Positions 37,477 through 46,951 of a DNA stretch of 58,536 nt are shown here, in pieces; within the stretch, counting starts at the first letter, position 1; each line of letters begins with the position of its first letter. The stretch spans positions 1 through 58,536 of the IMG/VR virus record IMGVR_UViG_3300001199_000003, one strand, 5' to 3'. The translations under genes were made by a program, and so were the position numbers. The notes under the pieces were generated by a model, which saw nothing but the letters and a program-made list of their open reading frames with translations, ran no database searches and had not been told where the DNA came from. The stretch comes from a virus (taxonomy: Duplodnaviria > Heunggongvirae > Uroviricota > Caudoviricetes).

Positions 37477-37986
37477 TCATTTACCCTGAATTCTTACCTT
37501 TGCTGCGCCGCAAGAAAGAGCTTTTTCAGTAGTTGCACCGGCTAAAGCTGGAGCGAACTCTTTGGAAATATCCATTTTGTTCACAACGATAGCGTCTTTT
37601 TCCAGTGTTGTCTGAACGCTTCCTATTCTCACGTCATGTTTAGTGATTTGGAATTCGATGTTTGTGCCAGACTGAATAGAGTACAGGTCGTGGCCAGACT
37701 TTTTGAGGTCTTCGGAAAGATAATGAGTGTGCTTAGTTACAACTGCAGGATTAAGAGATATTTCACTCTTCATCATGGCAGGCTGGAACGCAAGGTATTG
37801 CTTTTCAAGGTTATACTTAACAATAGCAGGGTGCGAGCCAGCCGCTAGAGCTTCGTCAACCATCTTACCTTGATTGCGGCCGACAGCAATGTGGAATCCA
37901 CCTTTAGTACGTAGCATTTTAACGGGAGCGCCGTTCATCATGCCAACGTCTTCGATTGATTCGATTTCATTTGGAGTAATATTCAT
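37477..37986 (-). CDS. hypothetical head-region protein
   Basis: Coupled ORF, MMKSE motif. Confidence 0.75.
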   Translation of the reverse strand: MNITPNEIESIEDVGMMNGAPVKMLRTKGGFHIAVGRNQGKMVDEALAAGSHPAIVKYNLEKQYLAFQPAMMKSEISLNPAVVTKHTHYLSEDLKKSGHDLYSIQSGTNIEFQITKHDVRIGSVQTTLEKDAIVVNKMDISKEFAPALAGATTEKALSCGAAKVRIQGK

Positions 37987-37987
37987 A

Positions 37988-38818
37988 TTAGATGTTCCCC
38001 ACGAAGTATCGTGTAGAGAAGATGGCTTTCAATTTCTTTGTAAGTTCTTCTTTTTTCTTTTCTAGTTCTTCAATGCGAAGCTTGTATAACATCGGTCCTG
38101 GACCGCTTGACGACTGACTAATTCCATCTTGACTTTGGCTTTGAGACGTAAAGATATTCAAAGGTGCGATTTCGCTAAGAATAGCGATAGCAGCCACTGT
38201 ACCAATTAGTTCGTTCACTGGGGTTGGGATCTGTCCTTCTTTATTCGACAAGCCTGCAGTATAATTGACTTGCCAATAAGCCGGAACCCAGTTTAGCCCG
38301 TCAATGACGGTCAAGAAAGCGATACCGGCATTGCCGACAGCGCCCTGTACTGAATTGACGCCATAAGCTGAAAGTAAAGGAATGCAATTAATCAAACCTT
38401 TAGAAAAGTTAGCGGCTTCGATCCAAGTAGGAGGAACTTCAAAAATTGAGTTACCGTCAGCAGAGACAATGGCTAAGTGCTCAAGAGAGATGATAGGACG
38501 CATCTCAGTCATAATATGGATATATGCCCGATATAGGGAATAATCAAAAGGAGCCTTGAATTTGAATGATTCGCGAGTAATTACAGTACCAAGAAGAAGT
38601 TCAACTTCGTTCATAGCAAGGTAGATACGGTCTTTTAGATCGTCAGGAGTGAAAGTGTCGCCGTTACGGAATCTGAGATTAATACCTTTTAGAAAACGAC
38701 TAACTAGCTGTTCAGGCGTTAAAGGTGGCTCACAACGACGCATCAATCCAGAAGTTTCGGCTGCGTGAACTGGATAGATCGCTGTACCGTATCTTTTAGT
38801 TTGGGTAAAATTTGACAT
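37988..38818 (-). CDS. putative head-tail adaptor
   Basis: A..EVE..LG..I; V.YTAG; S.S.DGISQS patterns typical of adaptors. Confidence 0.65.
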   Translation of the reverse strand: MSNFTQTKRYGTAIYPVHAAETSGLMRRCEPPLTPEQLVSRFLKGINLRFRNGDTFTPDDLKDRIYLAMNEVELLLGTVITRESFKFKAPFDYSLYRAYIHIMTEMRPIISLEHLAIVSADGNSIFEVPPTWIEAANFSKGLINCIPLLSAYGVNSVQGAVGNAGIAFLTVIDGLNWVPAYWQVNYTAGLSNKEGQIPTPVNELIGTVAAIAILSEIAPLNIFTSQSQSQDGISQSSSGPGPMLYKLRIEELEKKKEELTKKLKAIFSTRYFVGNI

Positions 38819-39303
38819 TAACAACACCCATCGTTAAATGTATTTTCTACGTTCAAGATATTGAGAGCAGAGAATCTACGAATAGAATTACCTTCAGCAA
38901 CAGCGAACTGTACGTTTCCAGAGGCAGGCATTTGATTTGGTCCAAGAGTAACAGACCAGATAGATTTATCGTTAGGATCTTGAACGGCAGTAGCGTTAAT
39001 TACTGCGGTATCGTCAATTGAAGGAAAAGTGACAGTGATCGAAGCAGGTTGATTTGGAGTCCCAACGCCTACCATATATCGAAGGCCAATATTGCCAGAA
39101 AGAGTGGAATTAGCACCAAACTGGTTAGCTGGAGCAAACTGTCCGATCACGTTGGCGGGCCCCTGATCAAGGTCAACTATTTGAAAATACATAGTATTAG
39201 GATCACCACTACGGATAATCCACTGGTTCCCATACGAGAATGAATTCACGTTAGCATAATTCAAAAGGGGTCTGGCAGAAAGTCTCATTGCATTTAGCTC
39301 CAC
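38818..39303 (-). CDS. putative virion protein
   Basis: Late motif at 39323; TAATG-coupled to the adaptor. Confidence 0.65.
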   Translation of the reverse strand: MELNAMRLSARPLLNYANVNSFSYGNQWIIRSGDPNTMYFQIVDLDQGPANVIGQFAPANQFGANSTLSGNIGLRYMVGVGTPNQPASITVTFPSIDDTAVINATAVQDPNDKSIWSVTLGPNQMPASGNVQFAVAEGNSIRRFSALNILNVENTFNDGCC

Positions 39304-39404
39304 AATACGATATACTCTTTAGTAAGATTGCTGTAAACATACTACTAAGACATATATATCACATAAACCTTAGTATTTACTGATGTTTAGCAAAAGGAGG
39401 GAAT

Positions 39405-39608
39405 GTGTACGAATTAAACAATAACTACGACGTAGTGAACATGACTCAGGACGAAATTAGCCGAGGAATGGGACTAACCCAAGAACAGCTGCTTATGAAG
39501 GTTTCAAATCTTTTAGATGACTACACCTTAAAAGAAAGTGAGCGCGAAAAGCTTCTAACAATTAAGAAAAATATAGGTAAAAACATCAATAACAGGAGAA
39601 AATCATGA
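39405..39608 (+). CDS. hypothetical protein
   Basis: AAGGAGG RBS. Confidence 0.65.
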   Translation: MYELNNNYDVVNMTQDEISRGMGLTQEQLLMKVSNLLDDYTLKESEREKLLTIKKNIGKNINNRRKS

Positions 39609-40258
39609 AAGTTATCGGCCTAACAGGGTTCGCCAAATCAGGTAAGTCAACCGCTGCTGAAATTCTAAAGGGTTTAGGAGGAGAAGAAGTAGCCTTCGCA
39701 AAGCACTTAAAAGATGTCATTTCTGCAGTCCTGGATATTCCTAGAAATCACCTTGACGATCAGAATTTTAAAGAGATTCTTTTTAAGAAACCTATCGTTC
39801 TTACCAAAGAAGATATCATCGACATCCTGGCAATGTTTGAGGTTCCTGATCGTTTCGTGCCAGCTGCTATTTTGGCTCACCAGGGAGTAGAACTTCAGTC
39901 TCCTCGTCACGCAGCTCAGTATATTGGTACGGAAGTTCTTCGCGCTATTGATCAGAACATTCACATTAATATGGCTTTCAAACTATCTTCAGCTTCTAAA
40001 GCTCCATTCTTTATTTGCTCAGATATGCGCTTTGATAATGAACTAAATGCTGTTAAAGATAATAAAGGTCTGTCTATCGGGATTTCTCGTAAGAAGGCTA
40101 CTCCATCCAATCTAGAAAATCTTCATCCTTCAGAAAAAGAGATACCTACATTGATCAGTCAGTGTGATTTGGCAGTGGAAAATGAAGGCACAATTGAGGA
40201 ACTTCAAAATGCCGTTCGCAAGGCAGCTCTGGATTTTCTAACTTACAGTATTAAGTAA
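39605..40258 (+). CDS. deoxynucleoside monophosphate kinase
   Basis: IGLTGFAKSGKSTAA P-loop, FA..LK, Q.IGTEV.R, SDMRF.NE, HPSE. Confidence 0.92.
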   Translation: MKVIGLTGFAKSGKSTAAEILKGLGGEEVAFAKHLKDVISAVLDIPRNHLDDQNFKEILFKKPIVLTKEDIIDILAMFEVPDRFVPAAILAHQGVELQSPRHAAQYIGTEVLRAIDQNIHINMAFKLSSASKAPFFICSDMRFDNELNAVKDNKGLSIGISRKKATPSNLENLHPSEKEIPTLISQCDLAVENEGTIEELQNAVRKAALDFLTYSIK

Positions 40259-40263
40259 TAAAA

Positions 40264-40288
40264 AAGCCCCGTGGGAACCACGGGGCTT
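40264..40288 (-). terminator. rho-independent terminator between convergent genes
   Basis: AAGCCCCGTGG/CCACGGGGCTT 11-bp stem, T-run on the - strand. Confidence 0.88.
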
Positions 40289-40349
40289 ACATCTAACGCA
40301 TTCGCGAAAGATTGATTAGCTGCAGGGGAACAGCTATAGAAAGGATTTA

Positions 40350-40622
40350 TTAAGTAGCCATCAATCCAGCGGCTTTAAGAGCAGCAATAACAGCATCAAC
40401 TTTTGCTTCAATAGCGTCAAGACGAGCTTCTGTTCCAACTAGAGGAGCAGCATTTGAGCCAGTCCCATCTACTCCGACCAGAGCAGCAGTTGCTCCAAGT
40501 GCGGCTACAGCAGCAGCTTGAGCGTTGCCACCTGCATCAATTGCTTCGGCAATTTCAGCTGCTGATTTTTTATCAGCCATTGCAACGGTTAAAATTTCTT
40601 TTGTTTTTTTCGATAAAGCCAT
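40350..40622 (-). CDS. head fibre/decoration-like protein
   Basis: Ala-rich; C-terminal KVDAVIAALKAAGLMA motif. Confidence 0.7.
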   Translation of the reverse strand: MALSKKTKEILTVAMADKKSAAEIAEAIDAGGNAQAAAVAALGATAALVGVDGTGSNAAPLVGTEARLDAIEAKVDAVIAALKAAGLMAT

Positions 40623-40691
40623 GACATTCTCCTTATGGGGAAAGACACGTTGCGTAATTGCTTCGTGACATGTTATCTAAGGAGAAGATTA

Positions 40692-41411
40692 CTACAGAAC
40701 GTAGACGATTGATCCATCTTGGCATACTTCACGGATAGCACGCATAGGCTTATCGTCAGCTGGCGAGTAGTATTCGTTCAAAGAAGAGCCATTTACGTAG
40801 GTCGTTTTGCTGTCGTAATGGAAGCCTCTGCCTTCGTGTATGTGCCCGAAAACATGGAGTTTTATCTCAGAATCTGCGATTGCTTTGGCCAATTCAACAC
40901 AGCCCACGTTATGTCCACCACGAACGACAGTATCTAAGATATTGTAAGGTGGCCCATGGGTAAGTAGGATCTCAGTATCTTTAGGGATGGCATCCCAATG
41001 GGGCTTAATTAGACCGTAAACTCTAGGCCAAAGATGGTCAGCTTCACTTTGATTACGAGCACGGTTAAAAGCCCAGTTATGGAACCAAGGAGTTACAGGA
41101 GATCCCCAAATTTTGATCCCCTCCACTTCAACACCAGAATCGTTTAAAAGATGGATTCCCCATTTAGCGAATTCTTTTTGCCAATAATCAAAGTTCTTTT
41201 CTAGGTCCCAATCGTGATTTCCAGGGATTACGATCTTATAAGTATACTTTTGTTTGGCCATCCAACGCATAAAAGACTCAACTTCATCGTGTTCGCCACG
41301 ACTAGTGAAATCGCCAGAATGGAGTAGGATATCCCCACCTTCGCATGTGAATTTCTCATGGCGGTTATGGGTATCAGAAAGAATGTCTATGATGAGTTTT
41401 TGGTGTTCCAT
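40692..41411 (-). CDS. calcineurin-like metallophosphoesterase
   Basis: SDTH, HSGD, PGNHD, THGPP, GHIH motifs. Confidence 0.92.
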   Translation of the reverse strand: MEHQKLIIDILSDTHNRHEKFTCEGGDILLHSGDFTSRGEHDEVESFMRWMAKQKYTYKIVIPGNHDWDLEKNFDYWQKEFAKWGIHLLNDSGVEVEGIKIWGSPVTPWFHNWAFNRARNQSEADHLWPRVYGLIKPHWDAIPKDTEILLTHGPPYNILDTVVRGGHNVGCVELAKAIADSEIKLHVFGHIHEGRGFHYDSKTTYVNGSSLNEYYSPADDKPMRAIREVCQDGSIVYVL

Positions 41412-41423
41412 GAAAATGATATA

Positions 41424-41960
41424 TCATAGAATTTTGTTTTTCTTTTTACGGTTTTCGTAAGCGGTCAAGTGCTGGAGATTCCATGGAACATGTAGACCTG
41501 ACACGTTCTCGCCCTGTAGAGGGACGATGTGGTCTACCTGAAATCCTTCTGGGCAGCTCTCGTAAATAGCCTTGATTTGGGCCCAATGATCCTCGGTTAG
41601 CCAAGAAAGAGTTGCCTGAAGAATACGAGCGCGACGTTTAGCGTTAGCGAACCTAAAGTATTGGTTCATTTTATTTCTATTCTTATCTCGCCATTTAGCC
41701 ATATATCCTGGTCGGCGCTGATTTCCAACTATTTTCTTGTGATTTCTGGATCTTTCTTTACATTCCTCAGTATGATTGTCGTAATATTGCTTTTGACGTT
41801 CCAAAGCAAATTCTTTATTGGCTTCGTAATTAACTTTATCGCGTTGAACGTATTTATCTTTATTTTCTTGCCTGTGTTTTTTGCGATAACAAGATTTACA
41901 TGTAGAATCGGCGTACCATTGAGGGGTTTCTTTAGTTCCGCAAACTGAGCATTCTTTCAT
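41424..41960 (-). CDS. HNH endonuclease (free-standing)
   Basis: N-terminal CxxC..CxxC; VDHIVPLQGENVSGLHVPWNLQ. Confidence 0.9.
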   Translation of the reverse strand: MKECSVCGTKETPQWYADSTCKSCYRKKHRQENKDKYVQRDKVNYEANKEFALERQKQYYDNHTEECKERSRNHKKIVGNQRRPGYMAKWRDKNRNKMNQYFRFANAKRRARILQATLSWLTEDHWAQIKAIYESCPEGFQVDHIVPLQGENVSGLHVPWNLQHLTAYENRKKKNKIL

Positions 41961-41980
41961 GGTTACTTTAGATAATAAAA

Positions 41981-42004
41981 AAGCCCACCTTTTCAGGTGG
42001 GCTT
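41981..42004 (-). terminator. rho-independent terminator after the major capsid gene
   Basis: AAGCCCACCT-TTTC-AGGTGGGCTT, T-run on the - strand. Confidence 0.88.
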
Positions 42005-42010
42005 GGTTAA

Positions 42011-43396
42011 TTAAGACAATTGACCGGTAATGTTCTCTATGAGCACATTTTTTCTTGGTTGGTACATAGCCAAAGACAAGAAACGGAAATGTGCTTCTGG
42101 AAGCGACAGATCGTTAACCGCAAGTTTCAATTTGCTGTAAGGAGCAAGTTGAGCGATACCCATTGTGTTACCTTGGATAAGGAATCCAGTAACAGAACCA
42201 GGCTGACGGTTTCCAAGGTCACGGAACACAGGGTTCCCAGCGCCTTGAGCGATACGGCCGATAAACTTAGCAGATGCAGCAGATCCACCAGCTTCAGAAC
42301 GGTACACGTTGTAATACTGAGCACCAGCAGCAGCTGTGATAGTCACAGTTACAGCGTTACCAGCAGTTGCAACAGCCTGAGCAGAAGCGGTTGATGGAGC
42401 AGACTCACCACGCATAGATACCGAAGTAACATAGTAGTTATAAGTTGCAGCAGCAAGAAGAGATCCAGCAGCACCAGCGTCAGCAGTTGCAATCGCAGGA
42501 GCTAAAGGCGAACCAGCGCGTGAACGTGCAGGACGAGTTTTACCAGAAAGGAAACGAGATGCTTCAAGACTTACTACTGCAGCAGATGTCCACTGAGTAC
42601 GAAGGTGAGCACCAGTTGCTTCTTGAGCAGAACCAGCAAGCATGATTCTTTCTTTAGCGTGAGCAATTTTGTTGTACGCAGAAAGAGAGATAGGGTCAAG
42701 AACTAAACGGTCAGCCGCACCCATGTTCATTGCTGAACGAACAGATGAATCTTCGATGATAGACTGAGTAAGAGTTCCACCGGCAGAAAGAACAACAGTT
42801 TGGTCAGAACCGAACTCAGCAAACATCAAGTCTTGAGTGTTTGATTGAGCGTCAGATTGACGAACTTGTTGATCGACACCGATCATATTAGGGACTTTAG
42901 CAACAGCAAGCGGGTTTCCGTCAAACACACCAGCGTTAGAGAAGTCAGACTGTCCACGGAACAAGTCGAATTCAATATCACCAGCAAGTTTCATAGCTGC
43001 ATCTGAAGCAGCACGATCTTCAGCTTTTACGCCGTCGAATGCACCGATCAAGTTAGCGGCTACAGTTACACGACGAGTTGTCGAGTAATATGCCATTGGG
43101 ACTACCGCACGAACGTAGTTCGACGTATCCTCTTCGCCAATTCCGCCTTCAAATTGAGCAGAACCACCGAAGATTCCGTAGTCAAGTTGACGGTTAAACT
43201 GGTGCAATTGAGACTTAACATCTTTCGATGGAAGCATCTTTTGCAATTTGATGTGCGAGTCATCAAATGTTACGTTCTGCATTACTGGGGAAAGATCTTC
43301 CACCATTAGTGCAGCACCTTGTGCTAGTTGGCCAGGAGCGGCGTTGTAACTACCTGCTTCGAGGGCCTTCATGAGTGACTGAAGTTGTTCAATCAT
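42011..43396 (-). CDS. major capsid protein
   Basis: 461 aa; L..EDL...M.NVTF, F.GDS-like FRGQS, follows the scaffold; resembles SPO1/Twort-like capsid proteins. Confidence 0.88.
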   Translation of the reverse strand: MIEQLQSLMKALEAGSYNAAPGQLAQGAALMVEDLSPVMQNVTFDDSHIKLQKMLPSKDVKSQLHQFNRQLDYGIFGGSAQFEGGIGEEDTSNYVRAVVPMAYYSTTRRVTVAANLIGAFDGVKAEDRAASDAAMKLAGDIEFDLFRGQSDFSNAGVFDGNPLAVAKVPNMIGVDQQVRQSDAQSNTQDLMFAEFGSDQTVVLSAGGTLTQSIIEDSSVRSAMNMGAADRLVLDPISLSAYNKIAHAKERIMLAGSAQEATGAHLRTQWTSAAVVSLEASRFLSGKTRPARSRAGSPLAPAIATADAGAAGSLLAAATYNYYVTSVSMRGESAPSTASAQAVATAGNAVTVTITAAAGAQYYNVYRSEAGGSAASAKFIGRIAQGAGNPVFRDLGNRQPGSVTGFLIQGNTMGIAQLAPYSKLKLAVNDLSLPEAHFRFLSLAMYQPRKNVLIENITGQLS

Positions 43397-43425
43397 TTTA
43401 ATTCTCCTTCTTTTACCTTCTGCAA

Positions 43426-44304
43426 TTATTTAAGCAGGTGGCTTATTGTGTTGAGGTTGGCTTGGTTAAGATAGAAAGCATTAATTGCATCTCTATCGTT
43501 TTTACTAAGTGTTGGGTCTGCGGCTTTTTTCATCAAAAGTGCTGTGACTTCTGATTTAGAAAGTTGTTTCTCTTCATTACTAACAGCTTCACTTTTAGTG
43601 ACTTGTTCGTAATTCGTGATGGCCTTCCCTTGAGGCACTTTCTTAACTAGTTGAGTTAAGAATTCTTGGACTCCAGCTAGATTCTTTTGAAGTTCAGCAG
43701 CTTGTGCTTTAGCAGCAGCAGCTTCTGATTTCGCGAGTTCTAACTCGGCATTTTCTGATTTTTGCATAGTCATATCTCCACATTTGTCAATTTCACCAGG
43801 AGCGGCTGGAGCTGCAGGGGCAGCAGGAGCGGCAGCAGGTGCTTGTGCAGCAGGGGCAGCATGATTATGCTCAGCGCCAATTGCATCTAATGCTCTAACG
43901 CATGAATCATGATGAGCCAAAAGCTCAGCTTTAGACATTGACATATACATGGCGTCCATGTGTGCAATATCTTCGGCATCATAACCACTTGCGTCACCTT
44001 CAGCGGCAGGAGCGGCAGGAGCTTGTTCACCTTCAGCAGGAGCAGCAGGAGCAGCTTCGGCAGCGGGTGCGGCTTCTTTCGATTCAGCAGCTGGAGCGTC
44101 TTTAGGCTTCTCTTCCTTAGACTCTTCAGGTTTAGCTTCTTTTGATTCCGCTGGTTTGTCTTTCGACTCTTCAGCAGGTTTGTCATCTTCGGCTTTAGCT
44201 AAAGAGGCAGGAACAGTTGAACCAGCAATATCAGCGATATGCGCTGAAAATTCTGTTTCCAGATTCTTAATGAGTTGTGACAACTCTTTTTCTGTGTACT
44301 GCAT
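43426..44304 (-). CDS. scaffolding protein
   Basis: Ala/Pro/Glu-rich, coiled coil, six xxK(S/A)E motifs, directly upstream of the MCP. Confidence 0.75.
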   Translation of the reverse strand: MQYTEKELSQLIKNLETEFSAHIADIAGSTVPASLAKAEDDKPAEESKDKPAESKEAKPEESKEEKPKDAPAAESKEAAPAAEAAPAAPAEGEQAPAAPAAEGDASGYDAEDIAHMDAMYMSMSKAELLAHHDSCVRALDAIGAEHNHAAPAAQAPAAAPAAPAAPAAPGEIDKCGDMTMQKSENAELELAKSEAAAAKAQAAELQKNLAGVQEFLTQLVKKVPQGKAITNYEQVTKSEAVSNEEKQLSKSEVTALLMKKAADPTLSKNDRDAINAFYLNQANLNTISHLLK

Positions 44305-44342
44305 TCTGACCTCCTAAGTCGTTTAAATTATTTTTGAATTAA

Positions 44343-44804
44343 TTAAACGCCTTTAGTTGGCCAATAAAGCTCATCAAGTTCGATATCAACTGCTTTAGCA
44401 TCCATTGAAGTTGCAGAAACGGCAGTACCGTTAGCGATTTCTTTAAGTTGGATAGCAACGCCAGTTTTGATAGCTTCAAATTCAGCAATCAAAAGATCAA
44501 CGTCAGTTGGGATTGGGTTGTTTGCAGCAGTAAGCTCGTAAGCAATTTCGCATTTATGAGGTGCGAAAGCGATGAGGTCATTACCGAAAACATCTTTAGA
44601 TACAGCGTCAACTGCTTTAATACGGATAGCGATTACAGCTGCTCCGGCAATTTCAGAACCAGCGTCTGACAAGAATAGCATAGGCCATCCAGCAGCGTCG
44701 CGAGTTTGACGTACAGTGTCAATTGTTGCAGATCCAGCGTAACGAATTTTGAGCTTGTCAGCTACATCTCGAAGCAACGCATCTGCTTTTGCAAGACTTT
44801 TCAT
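44343..44804 (-). CDS. putative head protein
   Basis: First gene of the capsid operon. Confidence 0.7.
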   Translation of the reverse strand: MKSLAKADALLRDVADKLKIRYAGSATIDTVRQTRDAAGWPMLFLSDAGSEIAGAAVIAIRIKAVDAVSKDVFGNDLIAFAPHKCEIAYELTAANNPIPTDVDLLIAEFEAIKTGVAIQLKEIANGTAVSATSMDAKAVDIELDELYWPTKGV

Positions 44805-45019
44805 TTTTATAACTCCTTATTGGTTTAGGTACATAGACAGTCCTCAATTGAGAACGGCTAACCTGTTGTAACTTAATAAAGAATAGGTCGCACGCAAAAA
44901 AGCCTACAATATCGGTAGGTTACAGGTCAAAAGCTGCCAAAACTGCTTCTATGCTTAGTTCAAGTAGCACGTTTAATTGGCTTTGTTGCAATCTTTGATA
45001 TAAGTAGTTAGGAGATCTC

Positions 45020-46858
45020 ATGGGAATGTTCATCCACGGAATTGCGGCTTCAGAAAACATCGACAGTTCAGGCGAGCGTATTTCTATTCTAGGAATGGAC
45101 ATATCGTCTTTGGCCGTTGATGGAGTCTTCAATTGGGAGCACAAAGCCGACCAACCTGGCCAAATTGTTGGGAAAGTCTTAAAAGCTAAGAAGATCTTCT
45201 CTGAGCAGGACTGCGAAGACGATGTTCAATTGATGTTTTTTCAGAAATGTGGAGTTCCATATCTTTATGTCATGGGCGAACTAATGGACGACTATAAAGA
45301 GTCAGCCAAAGAAGTAGCTGGAATGTTCCGTTATGACGCAGACCATAAAGAATCTAACGAAAAAACCGTTATGAATTTCTCTATTGAAGGCGCTAAGATT
45401 GAAAAGCAAGGCATGGATATTCTTAAGTCCATTGCTCGTAAAGTTACATTAACTGCACTTCCTTGTAATAAAGCTGCAATCGCAGAGATGGTTTCTACTG
45501 CTCCGGCAAAACCTAAAAAGAACTCGATTGATGAGCTTTTCAAAACTGAAGAGATTAAAGCTGAAATTTTTGAACCACTTCAGAAAGATCAACCTAAGCT
45601 CACCGTTGCTCCACCTCCAACTCATATCGGCCAAACTAAATCTGGTAAGGGTATTCTTCCAAACGCTAAAATTCATGAATATACTGATTTCGATGAAACT
45701 GACCATAGAGATGCGGCTACTGCTCACTTAAATATGGCTTCTAAACTTGGTGAAACTAATTTCAAAATGGCTCAACACCATAGAAATAAAGGGCTTCTCC
45801 ATAACTCAGCCGCCAATACTTTGGCTGACAAGAAAAAACGTATTTCATCTGGTAAGCCGACAGTAGCTACTCCGGCTCCTATTACTGGGCCTTCTAAAAC
45901 TGGAAATTCTAAACTTTCTACTGGTATGCCTTACGGCCTTAAAAAAGCTCTTGATGCTGGATCTGGAATGGCTGCTCCGTCCCAATTGACTGGCGGAGCT
46001 GCTTTAGCCAAAGAAGATCTAGCTAAACCTAAGAAAAAGTCTATGTGGTTAGCACGCGCTGAACAAGAGTACGGTTCTTGGTCTAAAAAAGAGCAGTTCG
46101 AGTCTTTTATAGCAAAACGTATGCCTAACCTTACTAAAGGTGAAATTATTGCGATTGGCCAAGTTATGGTTTTAAATAAATCTATGACTTTAGAAAACGC
46201 CATAGCTTCTATCGCAAATCTTCCTACTTTAAAAAAAAGACTAAAATCTAGCGATCCTTTAAATAAGAACGCTGGAAAAGATAGTATCTTCGCTTTGATC
46301 ATTTTTGACGGATGCGATCTTCATGACATTCTTCATTGTTCTCATTTTGCTACCGATGAAGTCGGCTCTTATGAGAAAATCAAGAAAGTAATGGATGAAT
46401 ATTTCAAAGATGGCGTCGAAGCTAATGAATTGACATTTAAAGATGCTGGTACTTTAGGTAAACACGATCAACCAGTTCTTTTCCTTACTGAGGGTGATCC
46501 GTATCGTGATCTTCTTGAAAAACTGAAAGAAGTAGCTGAATATAAGTATGCGTCTTTCAGACCACATATTTCTGTGACTACAAATGTTGACGAATTTAAA
46601 GGCAAAGTCTCTGCCATCGTCATTTCGGTCAATGGTGAGATCAAAGATCGTTACGATTTCAAGCACAAAGATAGGATACCTGGCGGTCTTTCCGATAAAA
46701 AGAAACCTAGCGACTTTGATTCTAAAAAGTTGGCTGCAGGCACTAAAGTAGAATCAGAACATACTTCTGACCCAGGCATTGCAGAAGAAATCGCAATGGA
46801 TCATCTTACAGAAGATCCTAATTATTACGAAAAACTCAAAACAGTTGAGAAAAAATAA
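45020..46858 (+). CDS. prohead protease-like polyprotein with a 2H-phosphoesterase (Acb1-like) domain and DUF5661-like C-terminus
   Basis: IHGIAASE..DSSGE.I...G, NWEH, FSIEG (HK97-type protease); H439-C-S and H516-I-S; G..VE.EHT.D...A.EIA.DHL.E.P.YY.KL. Confidence 0.75.
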   Translation: MGMFIHGIAASENIDSSGERISILGMDISSLAVDGVFNWEHKADQPGQIVGKVLKAKKIFSEQDCEDDVQLMFFQKCGVPYLYVMGELMDDYKESAKEVAGMFRYDADHKESNEKTVMNFSIEGAKIEKQGMDILKSIARKVTLTALPCNKAAIAEMVSTAPAKPKKNSIDELFKTEEIKAEIFEPLQKDQPKLTVAPPPTHIGQTKSGKGILPNAKIHEYTDFDETDHRDAATAHLNMASKLGETNFKMAQHHRNKGLLHNSAANTLADKKKRISSGKPTVATPAPITGPSKTGNSKLSTGMPYGLKKALDAGSGMAAPSQLTGGAALAKEDLAKPKKKSMWLARAEQEYGSWSKKEQFESFIAKRMPNLTKGEIIAIGQVMVLNKSMTLENAIASIANLPTLKKRLKSSDPLNKNAGKDSIFALIIFDGCDLHDILHCSHFATDEVGSYEKIKKVMDEYFKDGVEANELTFKDAGTLGKHDQPVLFLTEGDPYRDLLEKLKEVAEYKYASFRPHISVTTNVDEFKGKVSAIVISVNGEIKDRYDFKHKDRIPGGLSDKKKPSDFDSKKLAAGTKVESEHTSDPGIAEEIAMDHLTEDPNYYEKLKTVEKK

Positions 46859-46916
46859 GTAGTTATAGCTTCTTTCTATTTTAATAAAAAATCTTATTAT
46901 TTTTAATAAAAAACAT

Positions 46917-46945
46917 TTGCATTTCTGTAGATGATACGATATATT
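46917..46945 (+). promoter_or_regulatory. sigma70-type promoter for the ncRNA/pth2 unit
   Basis: TTGCAT-17-TATATT, AT-rich upstream; overlapping TGnTACGAT. Confidence 0.65.
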
Positions 46946-46951
46946 CTATTC

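Noticed and set aside
40307-40314. Extra late-motif copy (CAATCTTT, - strand)
   Set aside because: Sits ~20 nt before a terminator with no gene downstream; not counted
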